From assembly GCA_003512955.1 (NCBI GenBank), contig DOTG01000004.1:54087-118086 (forward strand): a stretch of DNA of 64,000 nt. The letters are read 5' to 3'. Under the pieces are notes generated by a model, which saw only the letters and a program-made list of their open reading frames with translations, was not told the origin of the DNA and searched no databases. Origin of the DNA: Marinilabiliales bacterium (GTDB lineage: Bacteria; Bacteroidota; Bacteroidia; Bacteroidales; SZUA-534). The translations under genes were made by a program, and so were the position numbers. Below, in pieces: positions 31,356 through 39,826 of this stretch; position 1 is the first letter of the stretch; each line of letters opens with the position of its first letter.

Positions 31356-31362
31356 GTTAAAT
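31356..31362 (+). other. Candidate first recombination core GTTAAAT (GTTRRRY), possibly attI-associated
   Basis: This is a perfect GTTRRRY heptamer 10 bp upstream of the first cassette ATG. The 31264-31350 region upstream has direct repeats GCCAACGCACAT / GCCGACGCACAT and a 9-bp palindrome pair TTGCAAGCT...AGCTTGCAA, rather than attC-type inverted ends. Confidence 0.3.
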
Positions 31363-31371
31363 TAGAAAAAA

Positions 31372-34300
31372 ATGGATCCTATTTCACTGACTATTCTAAC
31401 ATATGTTTCTTTAAAATTTCTTGATCAATTTTTAAAGGAAGAAGGATATGGAAGAATAAAAAAATGGCTTTTCCCAATAAGAAAGTATAGTAATCAATTA
31501 GCCATCGTTATATCTAAAACGATTCAAGAATATGAAAAGGATCACCCTTTCAAATCTGAGGGTAATAAATTTCCGTTTTATCATTCGCAAATTCTTTTTG
31601 AAGAATTGAATAAGTATATTCTTTTTAAGACTGTATATTCAAATCAACAGTTATTATTGAAGTTTAAAGAAAATTCTAACATAATATTACCGTCAACAAA
31701 AGAGTTAAATGAGTTTTATGATAGATTAGTAACTAATATTAATAATGACAAGCTATTAAAAGTTTTATTTATAGAAGAAAACTATAAGTCAAAAATCTTC
31801 GATATTCATGAATCTATTATAAATATAGAGAACAAAATATCCTCACTTAATGAACAAGTTGTATTTAATCCTAATAATGAGTGGTTTCAAAGGCAGTGTG
31901 AAGCATCTATTTTAGATTTAGGAAATAGATATACACCTGAATTAAATTTCAAACTGGAAGTTTCAGATATTTTTGAGGGAATTGGAAGGACAAAAAAATT
32001 TCAAAAATCATTTACTGAAAAGATTGATAGTTTACTTATATCTGGAAAAAAAGTTTTAAAAGATATTCCTCAAATAAAAGAACATATATTGCTCTTGGAA
32101 AAGTTCTTTGACGATATTTTAGAATTATATAACAAAACGACATTTTCAGGTATTCAAGCCCTTCCTTCTAAAGAATTTCAGGAACTTATTGAAGATGCCA
32201 AAAAAACAACTGAAATAATTCAAGAATTTTATCAAGATGAAGAAAGAAAAATCCAAAAAGAAAAAAATGATTATCAGTTCTACCATAAATACGGATATGA
32301 GATTAAAAATCTTAGAGAATTTGATAACAGACTTTCAAAATTCGGGCATTTTATAAATGGGAATTCTGTTAAATTAGCAAATAACCCATACCTAGTTTTA
32401 GATGGTGAAGCTGGTATTGGGAAGTCACATATGCTCGGAGATGTAATTTCAGTTCGTACTCAATTTAATTATCAAAGTATATTTCTGTTAGGACAGCATT
32501 TTGTTTCCGAGGAAGATCCTTGGACGCAGATATTTAAGAGACTTCAAATTAATTCAAAGTCAAATGATTTTTTGCAGAAATTAAATGAATTTGGAAAAAC
32601 ATCTAATAAAAGAGTTTTAATCATTATTGATGCTATAAATGAAGGAAAGGGCAAAAAGTGTTGGCCAAATTTTATAAATAGTTTTATTAAAGAGATAAAA
32701 TCCTATGAATGGCTTGGATTAGTTTTATCTATACGTACATCCTATAAGAACTTGATTTTTCCCAAAGATCAAATAGAAACTATGGGTGTAATAGAGCAGA
32801 CTTTGTACGGTTTTAGAAGTGTTGAATATGAAGCAAGTAAATTGTTTTTTGACAATTACAACATCGAACAACCAAATATTCCTTTATTACATCCCGAATT
32901 TCAAAACCCACTATTCTTAAAATTATTTTGTGATAGTTTAAATAAGTCTGGATTAACACGGATTCCAGATGGTTTACAAGGTATATCATCAATTATTAAT
33001 TTTTTTATTAATAGCATTAACTTAAAACTTGCAAATCCCAATAGACTTGATTATTCGGAAAGAATAAATCTTGTAAAGAAATCTGTTGAGAGTATCATTT
33101 TATTTAAGGTTGAAAATAAAGCCAGATATGTGCCATATGAAAAAGCATATGAGATTGTAGAAGATGAAGTATCAAAATTTATTAACACAAAAGGTTTCTT
33201 AGATGAATTAATTAGAGAAGGTATTTTCTCGTTAAATCTTTTCTGGAATCCAGATAAGAAGCCTGAAGATGGTATATATCTAGCATATGAAAGATTTGAA
33301 GATCATTTAATGGCTCAGTATTTAATCGAAAAATATCCAAAGTTAGAAGAAGAATTTGGGGCTGAAGGACAATTACATGACTATATAAAAGATGAACGAG
33401 CAATTAATATAAATCGAGGACTTATAGATGCTTTTTCAATACAAATTCCTGAAGTTACGGGTAAAGATTTCTTCAATTTTGTCCCAACATATAAAGATAA
33501 TTATACTATAATTGAATCCTTTGTAGAAAGCTTACTTTGGAGGAAAATTGAAACAATCACTGATGAATCCAGAGATTATGTCAATGAATATGTTTTTCTT
33601 TATCAAGGAACTCATGACTTTTTCTGGGAAACAATTCTAGCAATCACTGCAATACCAAATCATTACTTCAATGCGTATTCTCTGCATAACCATTTAATGA
33701 AATTCTCATTGTCAGACCGAGATGCAGGTTGGACACAATCCTTAAAATATAAATACAGTGATGAATCAACAGTTAAAAGACTTATAGATTGGGCTTGGAG
33801 TAATAACGATAAATCACATATTTCAGATGAATCAATAAAACTGTCATGTATTGCCCTAGCATGGTTTCATACTACTACTAATCGACAACTTAGAGATTGT
33901 TCAACTAAAGCATTAGTTTCTTTACTTCAAACCAGGGTTCATATAATCATTGAATTACTAGAACTATTTGAAGGTGTAAATGATCCTTATGTATACGAAC
34001 GATTATATGCAGTGGCATATGGTTGTGCAGTACGTACTAACCAAATTGAGGAATTAACAAAACTTAGTGAGTATATTTTTAATTCAGTATTTAATAAAGA
34101 AAAAGTGTATCCCCATATTTTATTGAGAGACTATGCAAGAGGAGTTATTGAATATGCTCATTACAAAAAATGCACATTAGATTTTGATTTGGCGAAAATT
34201 AGACCACCATATAAAAGTCAGTGGCCAGAGATAATTCCTTCAGAGAAAGAACTAAAAGATAGATATGATAATTCTAAATATCGTCAAATTTGGAGTTCTG

Positions 34301-35853
34301 TTATGGGTTTTGGTGATTTTTCTAGATATACAATTGGAACCAATCACAATTTGTCTGAATGGTCAGGTTATCAGAAAAATCAAACGCCAATAGATCGTGA
34401 AAAATTATTTGATGATTTTAAATCACATTTATCAAGCAAACAGCAAAAACTTTTAGATCAGCTTGATCCTATCATTTCAGAGGAAAGTGATGAAGAATTT
34501 GATTTCGGTGACAGTAAAATCAGATTCAACGTTGCAGTTGGACGAAAAAGTGAAGAAGAACTTAATAAGATTCGTGCTGATTTTAAAAAGTCTCTTTCCC
34601 AAGAAAAACTTAAATATTATGAAGAGGAGGTGGAACCATACCTTGACCATAATCATAATATAATTAACACTGGTTTTCATTTTGATTTAAGAATAACGCA
34701 AAGATTAATTTTCTCTCGCGTCATTAGTCTTGGATGGAATCCTGAAATTCATGGAAATTTTGACGATGAAATAGGTACTGGAAGAGGGAGGTCAACTTAT
34801 CCGCATGAAAGAATTGGTAAAAAGTATCAATGGATAGCATATTATGAATATTTAGCAATGCTTTCTGATAATTTTATTAAGTATGAAAGATGGGGTTCAG
34901 ATAAACAACAGGAAGCCCCCTATCAAGGCCCCTGGGAACCATATGTTCGGGATATAGACCCAACAATGCTGATTCATAAAACAGGTAGCTACGAATCTGA
35001 TGACCCTGAAAAATTTTGGTGGTCAGATAGAAATAAATTTGACTGGCAATGTTCAAATGATGACTGGGTAAATAATTCAAATGTATTGCCAAAATTTGAA
35101 GATCTAATGCAAGTAAAAGACTCAAATAATGAAGAGTGGTTAATACTTGAAGGTTTTCCAAGTTGGTCTGAGCCAAAGAAAATTGGAGAAGAAAAGTGGG
35201 ATTATCCTCATAAAGAATTATGGTGTCATATAAGAAGTTATTTTGTAAAAGAAAATGATTTCGAATCTTTTAAAAATTGGGCTGTAAAACAAGATTTTAT
35301 GGGTAGATGGATGCCTGAAAGCACAGATAGATATGAAGTTTTTAGTAGAGAATATTACTGGTCACCTGCCCACAATTATTTCATGTCTGAATATTATGGC
35401 GGTGAAGAATGGAGAGATATTCATGATAATGAAACAGGAGTATTTATTGCTTCAGTCATGATACCAACAGAAGGATTTCTATGGGAAGAAGAATTTGATA
35501 AATCAAAAGAAGAAACTATTAGCTTTTTGAAACCGTGCCGTAATATTTTTGAAGGCATGAACTTGCAATATTCCGATCAAGAAGGAGCTTTTATTGATAA
35601 TACTGGAGAAATAATATGTTTTGCTACTAATGTTTATCACAATTCAAAATCACATCTAATTGTAAAGAAAGAGCCATTCATTAAATATTTAAAGAAAAAT
35701 GGGTTAAATATATTATGGACTGTATTGGGTGAAAAACAAGTAATTGGTGGTAGGACTTTTGAAAATGAATACAGTGGACGTTTGGAAATGAGTGGAGCCT
35801 TTTATCTTGATAATAATAAATTTTATGGGAAAATTAATACAAAAAACAGCTAA
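31372..35853 (+). CDS. Giant orphan P-loop NTPase (STAND-like), 1493 aa
   Basis: Single uninterrupted ORF. Walker A is LVLDGEAGIGKSHMLGD (GEAGIGKS at 32404-32427). Walker B-like is RVLIIIDAINEG (32614-32643). A STAND/NACHT-like PLFLKLFC segment follows. There is a ~340-aa helical N-terminal region and a ~900-aa C-terminal region with no catalytic motif I can recognise. Confidence 0.85.
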   Translation: MDPISLTILTYVSLKFLDQFLKEEGYGRIKKWLFPIRKYSNQLAIVISKTIQEYEKDHPFKSEGNKFPFYHSQILFEELNKYILFKTVYSNQQLLLKFKENSNIILPSTKELNEFYDRLVTNINNDKLLKVLFIEENYKSKIFDIHESIINIENKISSLNEQVVFNPNNEWFQRQCEASILDLGNRYTPELNFKLEVSDIFEGIGRTKKFQKSFTEKIDSLLISGKKVLKDIPQIKEHILLLEKFFDDILELYNKTTFSGIQALPSKEFQELIEDAKKTTEIIQEFYQDEERKIQKEKNDYQFYHKYGYEIKNLREFDNRLSKFGHFINGNSVKLANNPYLVLDGEAGIGKSHMLGDVISVRTQFNYQSIFLLGQHFVSEEDPWTQIFKRLQINSKSNDFLQKLNEFGKTSNKRVLIIIDAINEGKGKKCWPNFINSFIKEIKSYEWLGLVLSIRTSYKNLIFPKDQIETMGVIEQTLYGFRSVEYEASKLFFDNYNIEQPNIPLLHPEFQNPLFLKLFCDSLNKSGLTRIPDGLQGISSIINFFINSINLKLANPNRLDYSERINLVKKSVESIILFKVENKARYVPYEKAYEIVEDEVSKFINTKGFLDELIREGIFSLNLFWNPDKKPEDGIYLAYERFEDHLMAQYLIEKYPKLEEEFGAEGQLHDYIKDERAININRGLIDAFSIQIPEVTGKDFFNFVPTYKDNYTIIESFVESLLWRKIETITDESRDYVNEYVFLYQGTHDFFWETILAITAIPNHYFNAYSLHNHLMKFSLSDRDAGWTQSLKYKYSDESTVKRLIDWAWSNNDKSHISDESIKLSCIALAWFHTTTNRQLRDCSTKALVSLLQTRVHIIIELLELFEGVNDPYVYERLYAVAYGCAVRTNQIEELTKLSEYIFNSVFNKEKVYPHILLRDYARGVIEYAHYKKCTLDFDLAKIRPPYKSQWPEIIPSEKELKDRYDNSKYRQIWSSVMGFGDFSRYTIGTNHNLSEWSGYQKNQTPIDREKLFDDFKSHLSSKQQKLLDQLDPIISEESDEEFDFGDSKIRFNVAVGRKSEEELNKIRADFKKSLSQEKLKYYEEEVEPYLDHNHNIINTGFHFDLRITQRLIFSRVISLGWNPEIHGNFDDEIGTGRGRSTYPHERIGKKYQWIAYYEYLAMLSDNFIKYERWGSDKQQEAPYQGPWEPYVRDIDPTMLIHKTGSYESDDPEKFWWSDRNKFDWQCSNDDWVNNSNVLPKFEDLMQVKDSNNEEWLILEGFPSWSEPKKIGEEKWDYPHKELWCHIRSYFVKENDFESFKNWAVKQDFMGRWMPESTDRYEVFSREYYWSPAHNYFMSEYYGGEEWRDIHDNETGVFIASVMIPTEGFLWEEEFDKSKEETISFLKPCRNIFEGMNLQYSDQEGAFIDNTGEIICFATNVYHNSKSHLIVKKEPFIKYLKKNGLNILWTVLGEKQVIGGRTFENEYSGRLEMSGAFYLDNNKFYGKINTKNS

Positions 35854-35969
35854 TACTTCGCATCCATACACATTGCCAAGTCGCACAAAAGCCATCACAC
35901 AGCCCAAAACTTGTCAAAGAGTATGGCTGCCCAAATGCACGGACAGAAAGCAGAGAATAAAGCACGAAA

Positions 35970-36100
35970 ACACAACACGGTATATAAAACATTTGGCGGA
36001 AAGTGCTAATTTTAAGGGCAGTACATTTAATAAACTTTGCAACGGTTTGATAAGGAATCGCTTTGAAATGCCAAACGTTTCATATACCCATCCGTTGGCA
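35970..36100 (+). repeat. attC-like site 1
   Basis: The left end is ACACAAC and the right end is GTTGGCA. The inner arms ACGGTATATAAAACATTTGGC and GCCAAACGTTTCATATACCCATCC are imperfect inverted repeats. The central GATAAGGAATCGCTTTGAAATG is shared with site 4. Confidence 0.7.
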
Positions 36101-36132
36101 TTCATTGTAAAAGCACATATAAAAGATAGAAG

Positions 36133-36756
36133 GTGAAAATATTTTATAAGTATCTATTTGAAAAGGAGTGCCTAAGAATTGATAAAGAAGACCTGTTGAG
36201 TGCTTTTGAACAGAACTTTTATAGATCTGGGTGCTATCATAAAATGACAAGGAAGGAGAATGGACTTAACCTATACAATGATTTTCTTGACTTTAATTAT
36301 TTATATAAAATGGTTAGTCCTTGGAATCTTTGGAATGGCATAGGAGATATGAAAATTAGTATTATTCCGAATTTGTCTAATGAATCATATTTGATTAAAT
36401 TTTCAATATCCATACTTAGGTCATTAGTTTTTAATGCGTTAACTATTATTATATTCTGTATACTGTTGATTACTAATTATTCTTCAGAACTATTCTATTT
36501 TTTCATATTGTTCACCACAGTAGCAATCACATCATATTTCACAAAATATATCAGACATAACAGATTTTTCTCTAGAACAATTAAAATTGGAGACTTTTAT
36601 AAAGATCAAGTTGAAAAAAGTTACGATTGGGAATCTATTTTAAAGGAAAAAACAAATTCTGAATTAAAAGAGATTATTAAAGGAAATACAATTCTTCCAG
36701 ATATTGTTATTGATTTAGCAAAAAAGGAAATGGGACATCGAAACAGTAGGAATTAA
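36133..36756 (+). CDS. Hypothetical membrane protein (GTG start), single-gene cassette
   Basis: 207 aa with two central transmembrane helices (LVFNALTIIIFCILLI, FYFFILFTTVAITSYF). It starts 32 bp after attC 1 and ends 11 bp before attC 2. Confidence 0.5.
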   Translation: MKIFYKYLFEKECLRIDKEDLLSAFEQNFYRSGCYHKMTRKENGLNLYNDFLDFNYLYKMVSPWNLWNGIGDMKISIIPNLSNESYLIKFSISILRSLVFNALTIIIFCILLITNYSSELFYFFILFTTVAITSYFTKYIRHNRFFSRTIKIGDFYKDQVEKSYDWESILKEKTNSELKEIIKGNTILPDIVIDLAKKEMGHRNSRN

Positions 36757-36767
36757 ATAATAACTGG

Positions 36768-36896
36768 CTACAACACCGCATATAAAGCATTTGCGGTCAA
36801 GTGCGGACTTCAAACTATGAATAAGAAATTAACTACATTAGTAACCCGAAATGGAGTGCAAGCAAGCGCAACCGCTTCATATGCGAAACGTTAGCG
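36768..36896 (+). repeat. attC-like site 2
   Basis: The left end is CTACAAC and the right end is GTTAGCG. Inner arms are ACCGCATATAAAGC (36775-36788) and GCTTCATATGCG (36874-36885). It is a close paralogue of site 5. Confidence 0.75.
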
Positions 36897-37006
36897 GCAA
36901 GATGAAGAAAAACGACACAGCAAGACAAATACGAACGACATTGAACAGATGAATTTTAGTTGACAAAGACTATGGTTATTTAAAAACACTATAAACCGAC
37001 CATTAA

Positions 37007-37044
37007 ATTCCTAAAAGTATTTATTTTTAAACAGTTTTAGGAAT
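37007..37044. promoter_or_regulatory. Inverted repeat ATTCCTAAAA-N18-TTTTAGGAAT upstream of the DUF4143 ATPase gene
   Basis: Perfect 10-bp arms at 37007-37016 and 37035-37044, 19 bp before the ATG. A Bacteroidota -7-like TATCTTTG (TAnnTTTG) follows at 37051-37058. Confidence 0.4.
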
Positions 37045-37062
37045 TTTATTTATCTTTGCCCT

Positions 37063-38280
37063 ATGCAAACAATAGCACGTAAACGGTACTTAGAAACACT
37101 TAGTGTTCTTAAAGACAAGAATTTAATTAAAGTTGCCACAGGCGTTAGACGTTGTGGAAAATCAACTTTAATGACACAATTTCAAGACTTGTTGCGTAAA
37201 GATAACGGCAAAGTTTCCATTTTGGCAATCAATATGGATATGCCCGATTTTAGGTTTTTAGCAGAAAAAAATTGGAAGGAGATTTATGATTACATCATTA
37301 AGCATCTCAAAAAAAACGTAACCAATTATGTGTTTATAGACGAAGTGCAAAATGTTCCTGAATTTGAAAAACTGTTGGAAGGCTTATACGTTCACCCAAA
37401 CATAGATTTGTATGTTACAGGTTCCAACGCATTTTTATTATCAAGCGAATTGGCAACTTTGCTCACAGGTAGAGCTTATGAAATAAATGTATTGCCTTTT
37501 TCTTTTGCTGAATATTTAGAGTTCACGGGTAAAACCACAAACCCTGACCGTGCTTTTGCTGAATATGTGCGTACAGGTGGTTTCCCCGAAGCTGTAAGAC
37601 TTTCAGCAGAAGGAAATCATTTTGCAAATGAATATTTGCAAATGGTTTTTAAAAACATTTACGACAACGATATTTCTAAGCGCTATACTATTTATGCCGA
37701 AGAATCCTATCAGGAGGTTGTAAACTTCTTAATAGATTCAGTTGGTTCAAGTGTTTCAGCAGGGAACATTGCTAAAGTTTTAACGACAAACAAAAAGAAA
37801 ATTGACAACAAAACAGTGTCGAAGTACATTGATACTTTGGTTGAAGCCTATTTGTTTTACAAAGTAAACCGCTATGACATCAAAGGCAAACAACATTTGG
37901 CAACGCTGGAAAAATACTATTTGGTGGATTTAGGTTTTCGCAACGCATTACTTGGAAAAGAATTAGCAAGCGATGCAGGGCATTTACTTGAAAACATAAT
38001 TTATCTTGAGCTAAAACGCAGAAATAACCAAGTATGGATAGGAAAAACCAATAATTTAGAAGTTGATTTTGTTGTTCGCAACAACGAAGGTTTTACACAA
38101 TACATACAAGTTGCTCAAACAGTACAAAACGCAACGACTTTAGAACGTGAGTTAGCACCATTTGACAGTATTGCAGACCATCACGAAAAACTTTTAATTA
38201 CAATGGACTACGACACAGGGACATATAACGGAATTAAAAAAACAAACGCATTAGATTGGCTTACAAAGACCGAAAAATAA
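37063..38280 (+). CDS. AAA+ ATPase, AAA_14/DUF4143 family
   Basis: 405 aa. Walker A is GVRRCGKST and Walker B is YVFIDEVQNVPEF. The C-terminal part (YLVDLGFRNALLG...LENIIYLELKRR) is typical of DUF4143 proteins, from memory. Confidence 0.85.
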   Translation: MQTIARKRYLETLSVLKDKNLIKVATGVRRCGKSTLMTQFQDLLRKDNGKVSILAINMDMPDFRFLAEKNWKEIYDYIIKHLKKNVTNYVFIDEVQNVPEFEKLLEGLYVHPNIDLYVTGSNAFLLSSELATLLTGRAYEINVLPFSFAEYLEFTGKTTNPDRAFAEYVRTGGFPEAVRLSAEGNHFANEYLQMVFKNIYDNDISKRYTIYAEESYQEVVNFLIDSVGSSVSAGNIAKVLTTNKKKIDNKTVSKYIDTLVEAYLFYKVNRYDIKGKQHLATLEKYYLVDLGFRNALLGKELASDAGHLLENIIYLELKRRNNQVWIGKTNNLEVDFVVRNNEGFTQYIQVAQTVQNATTLERELAPFDSIADHHEKLLITMDYDTGTYNGIKKTNALDWLTKTEK

Positions 38281-38288
38281 GGGCGAAC

Positions 38289-38417
38289 CGATAACGCGGT
38301 ATAAAACATTGGGGTTTAAGTGGTTATTCGAGCATTCTGACCCGCATCAAGTTTGGTATAACTGGACAGGAAAGTAGCCCGCAATCCCCAACGATTTCAT
38401 ACACACATCCGTTGGCA
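38289..38417 (+). repeat. attC-like site 3
   Basis: The left end is CGATAAC and the right end is GTTGGCA. Inner arms are GCGGTATAAAACATTGGGG and CCCCAACGATTTCATACACACATCC. It is homologous to site 1. Confidence 0.7.
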
Positions 38418-38461
38418 ATAATTAGAAGGAACATCATCATAACTATAATATATATAATAAA

Positions 38462-39079
38462 ATGGCACTACCTTCATCTTACACAATGGCTTATGGTTCT
38501 CTAAGTCAATTTTTTGATAAAATTAGAGACGGTCAAGCCCCTGATAAGTTTACAAACCAGATTTTAAAAGATTTAGGATTTAAATCCAATAATCATAGAG
38601 CATTCATTCCGATACTCAAAGCACTTGGCTTTTTATCTGCAGATGGTTCACCGACAAAACGATACCATGATTACAGAAATCACTCACTATCAAGAGAAAT
38701 TTTGGGACAATCCTTAAAAGAAGCATATTCTGATTTATTTCTTATTACTTCTAAACCTGGAAGCAAAGACAAGGATTTAATAAACGGAAAGTTCAAGAGT
38801 TATCACAATGTAAGTGAAAATGTAGCAAAACACATGACAAATACTTTCTACTCTCTATTAGCATTAGCTGATTTAGATGGTAAAAGTCAAAAAAATGAGG
38901 AACTTCCAAAAACTGAATCTAATCAAGAAATTGAAAAAGAACCTGAGAAAAAAGTATTATCAAAGAAAACTGGAGACTTAGGACTTCATTATAATATTCA
39001 GATTCATTTACCTGCAACTAAAGATATAGAAGTATATAATGCAATTTTTAAATCTATAAAAGACCACTTAATTGAATAA
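38462..39079 (+). CDS. DUF5343-like protein (family recalled from memory)
   Basis: 205 aa. The N-terminal region is FFDKIRDGQAPDKFTNQILKDLGFKSNNHRAFIPILKALGFLSADGSPTKRY. An acidic or low-complexity linker follows, then a small C-terminal domain LGLHYNIQIHLPATKDIEVYNAIFKSIKDHL. It overlaps the next ORF. Confidence 0.55.
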   Translation: MALPSSYTMAYGSLSQFFDKIRDGQAPDKFTNQILKDLGFKSNNHRAFIPILKALGFLSADGSPTKRYHDYRNHSLSREILGQSLKEAYSDLFLITSKPGSKDKDLINGKFKSYHNVSENVAKHMTNTFYSLLALADLDGKSQKNEELPKTESNQEIEKEPEKKVLSKKTGDLGLHYNIQIHLPATKDIEVYNAIFKSIKDHLIE

Positions 39080-39665
39080 GACAATAAATAAAAAAGACAT
39101 TAGAGACTTCTTTTTTAGAGGTTTAATGTTTGAATCAGAAGCAACCGAATTTCAAAAAGCTGGAATTCAGATTGGCGCAAGTTCTACTTATGCAGAAGAG
39201 CAGTTACTATCAGAATCACTTGCCCCCTTTAGTATTTCTAGGAGAAACAAAGCACTTGAAATGGCTAGATTATATTCTGTTCTTCATTGTTTTGAGAATG
39301 AAATTAGAGAATTGATTAGGGAAACATTAAGTGAAAATGAAGGTCTTGATTGGTGGACAAAACTACCAACTAAAATAAAAACTCATGCAGAGTCAAGACA
39401 AGAAATTGCATTTAAGGATTCTTGGCTTGAGGGTGAAAAAGAAGATTTACTTGGTTTTATTGATTTTGGCATGCTTGCTTCAATCATTATAGAAAAATGG
39501 CAATATTTTAATAGTATTATTCCTTCACAGCATTGGTTAAAACAGAGAATGGAGGAATTAGAAAAAACTAGAAATTTTATTGCTCACAATCGAATGTTGC
39601 TTCCAAGTGAGTTTCAAAGAATATATATGTACATTGCCGACTGGAATAGAGTAATTGGATTATAA
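39072..39665 (+). CDS. HEPN-domain protein (Swt1-like type, Rx4H motif)
   Basis: 197 aa from TTG 39072, with an alternative ATG at 39126. The C-terminal TRNFIAHNR gives R-x4-H (R at 39570-39572, H at 39585-39587), the HEPN RNase signature. It shares a cassette with the upstream gene. Confidence 0.6.
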   Translation: MNKTINKKDIRDFFFRGLMFESEATEFQKAGIQIGASSTYAEEQLLSESLAPFSISRRNKALEMARLYSVLHCFENEIRELIRETLSENEGLDWWTKLPTKIKTHAESRQEIAFKDSWLEGEKEDLLGFIDFGMLASIIIEKWQYFNSIIPSQHWLKQRMEELEKTRNFIAHNRMLLPSEFQRIYMYIADWNRVIGL

Positions 39666-39673
39666 CTAACTAT

Positions 39674-39803
39674 TGCCAACATGGTATAGTGCATGCGGGT
39701 TTTGGTGGGTTGCGGGTGTGTGTGACTCGTAAAAAAAGTTTTTGTAAATTGATAAGGAATCGCCTCGAAATCCCGCACAACACCATACCATCAAACGTTG
39801 GGC
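39674..39803 (+). repeat. attC-like site 4
   Basis: The left end is TGCCAAC and the right end is GTTGGGC, a perfect GTTRRRY. Inner arms are ATGGTATAGTGCATGCGGG (39681-39699) and CCCGCACAACACCATACCAT (39772-39791). Confidence 0.75.
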
Positions 39804-39826
39804 TTAATAATTAAAAAACATGAGAA

